Shown here piece by piece: positions 63,802 to 64,000 of a stretch of DNA of 64,000 nt. Where the stretch lies: the NCBI RefSeq assembly GCF_009914755.1, contig NC_060932.1. The stretch is one strand, 5' to 3'. A model generated the notes under the pieces. The model was not told the DNA's origin, searched no databases, and worked only from the letters and a program-made list of their open reading frames with translations. A program made the translations under genes and the position numbers. Each line of letters begins with the position of its first letter. The first letter of the stretch is position 1. This DNA comes from the human T2T-CHM13v2.0 reference genome, Homo sapiens.

Positions 63802-64000
63802 AGAAATGTAGCAGGATGAGCCACAGACAAAACTCCTCAGACACCGAGTTAACGAAGGAAGAGGTTTATTCGGCTGGGAGCATCGTCAAGACTCCTGTCT
63901 CAAGAGCCAAGCTCCCCAAGTGAGCAATTCCTGCCCCTTTTAAGGGTTCAAAACTCTAAGGGGGTCCGCGTGAGAGGATCATGACCAATTGAGAAAGCAG

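Overview
Primate (ape/human-like) genomic DNA, mostly transposable elements, with no cellular protein-coding exon that I can support. Main contents: a promoter/enhancer-like CpG patch at 1.5-1.95 kb; two full-length, inactivated + strand LINE-1s (L1PA3-like 22141-28314 and L1PA4-like 53499-59640, both with TSDs); a minus-strand ERV1 provirus (LTR38-like, tRNA-Arg PBS) whose 3' LTR is interrupted by a MER61-like ERV; a minus-strand Harlequin/HERV-E-like provirus (LTR2C-like, tRNA-Glu PBS) that hosts the second L1; solo LTRs (LTR9B-like nested in another LTR, MER9, LTR22, MLT1D); Tigger3b and MER5A; and many Alu, MIR, L2 and old L1 fragments. Nearly all ORFs in the track are L1, ERV or Alu translations or chance ORFs. 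I do not see a convincing new biological system. The most unusual signal is a set of apparently private mutations, including two non-CpG stop codons, shared by the two different-subfamily L1s 31 kb apart, which suggests inter-L1 gene conversion. Also notable are a quasi-palindrome-perfecting insertion in an Alu, open ORF0s in both L1s, and several candidate regulatory motif clusters. Family and subfamily names come from my recall of consensus sequences and need RepeatMasker/Dfam confirmation.
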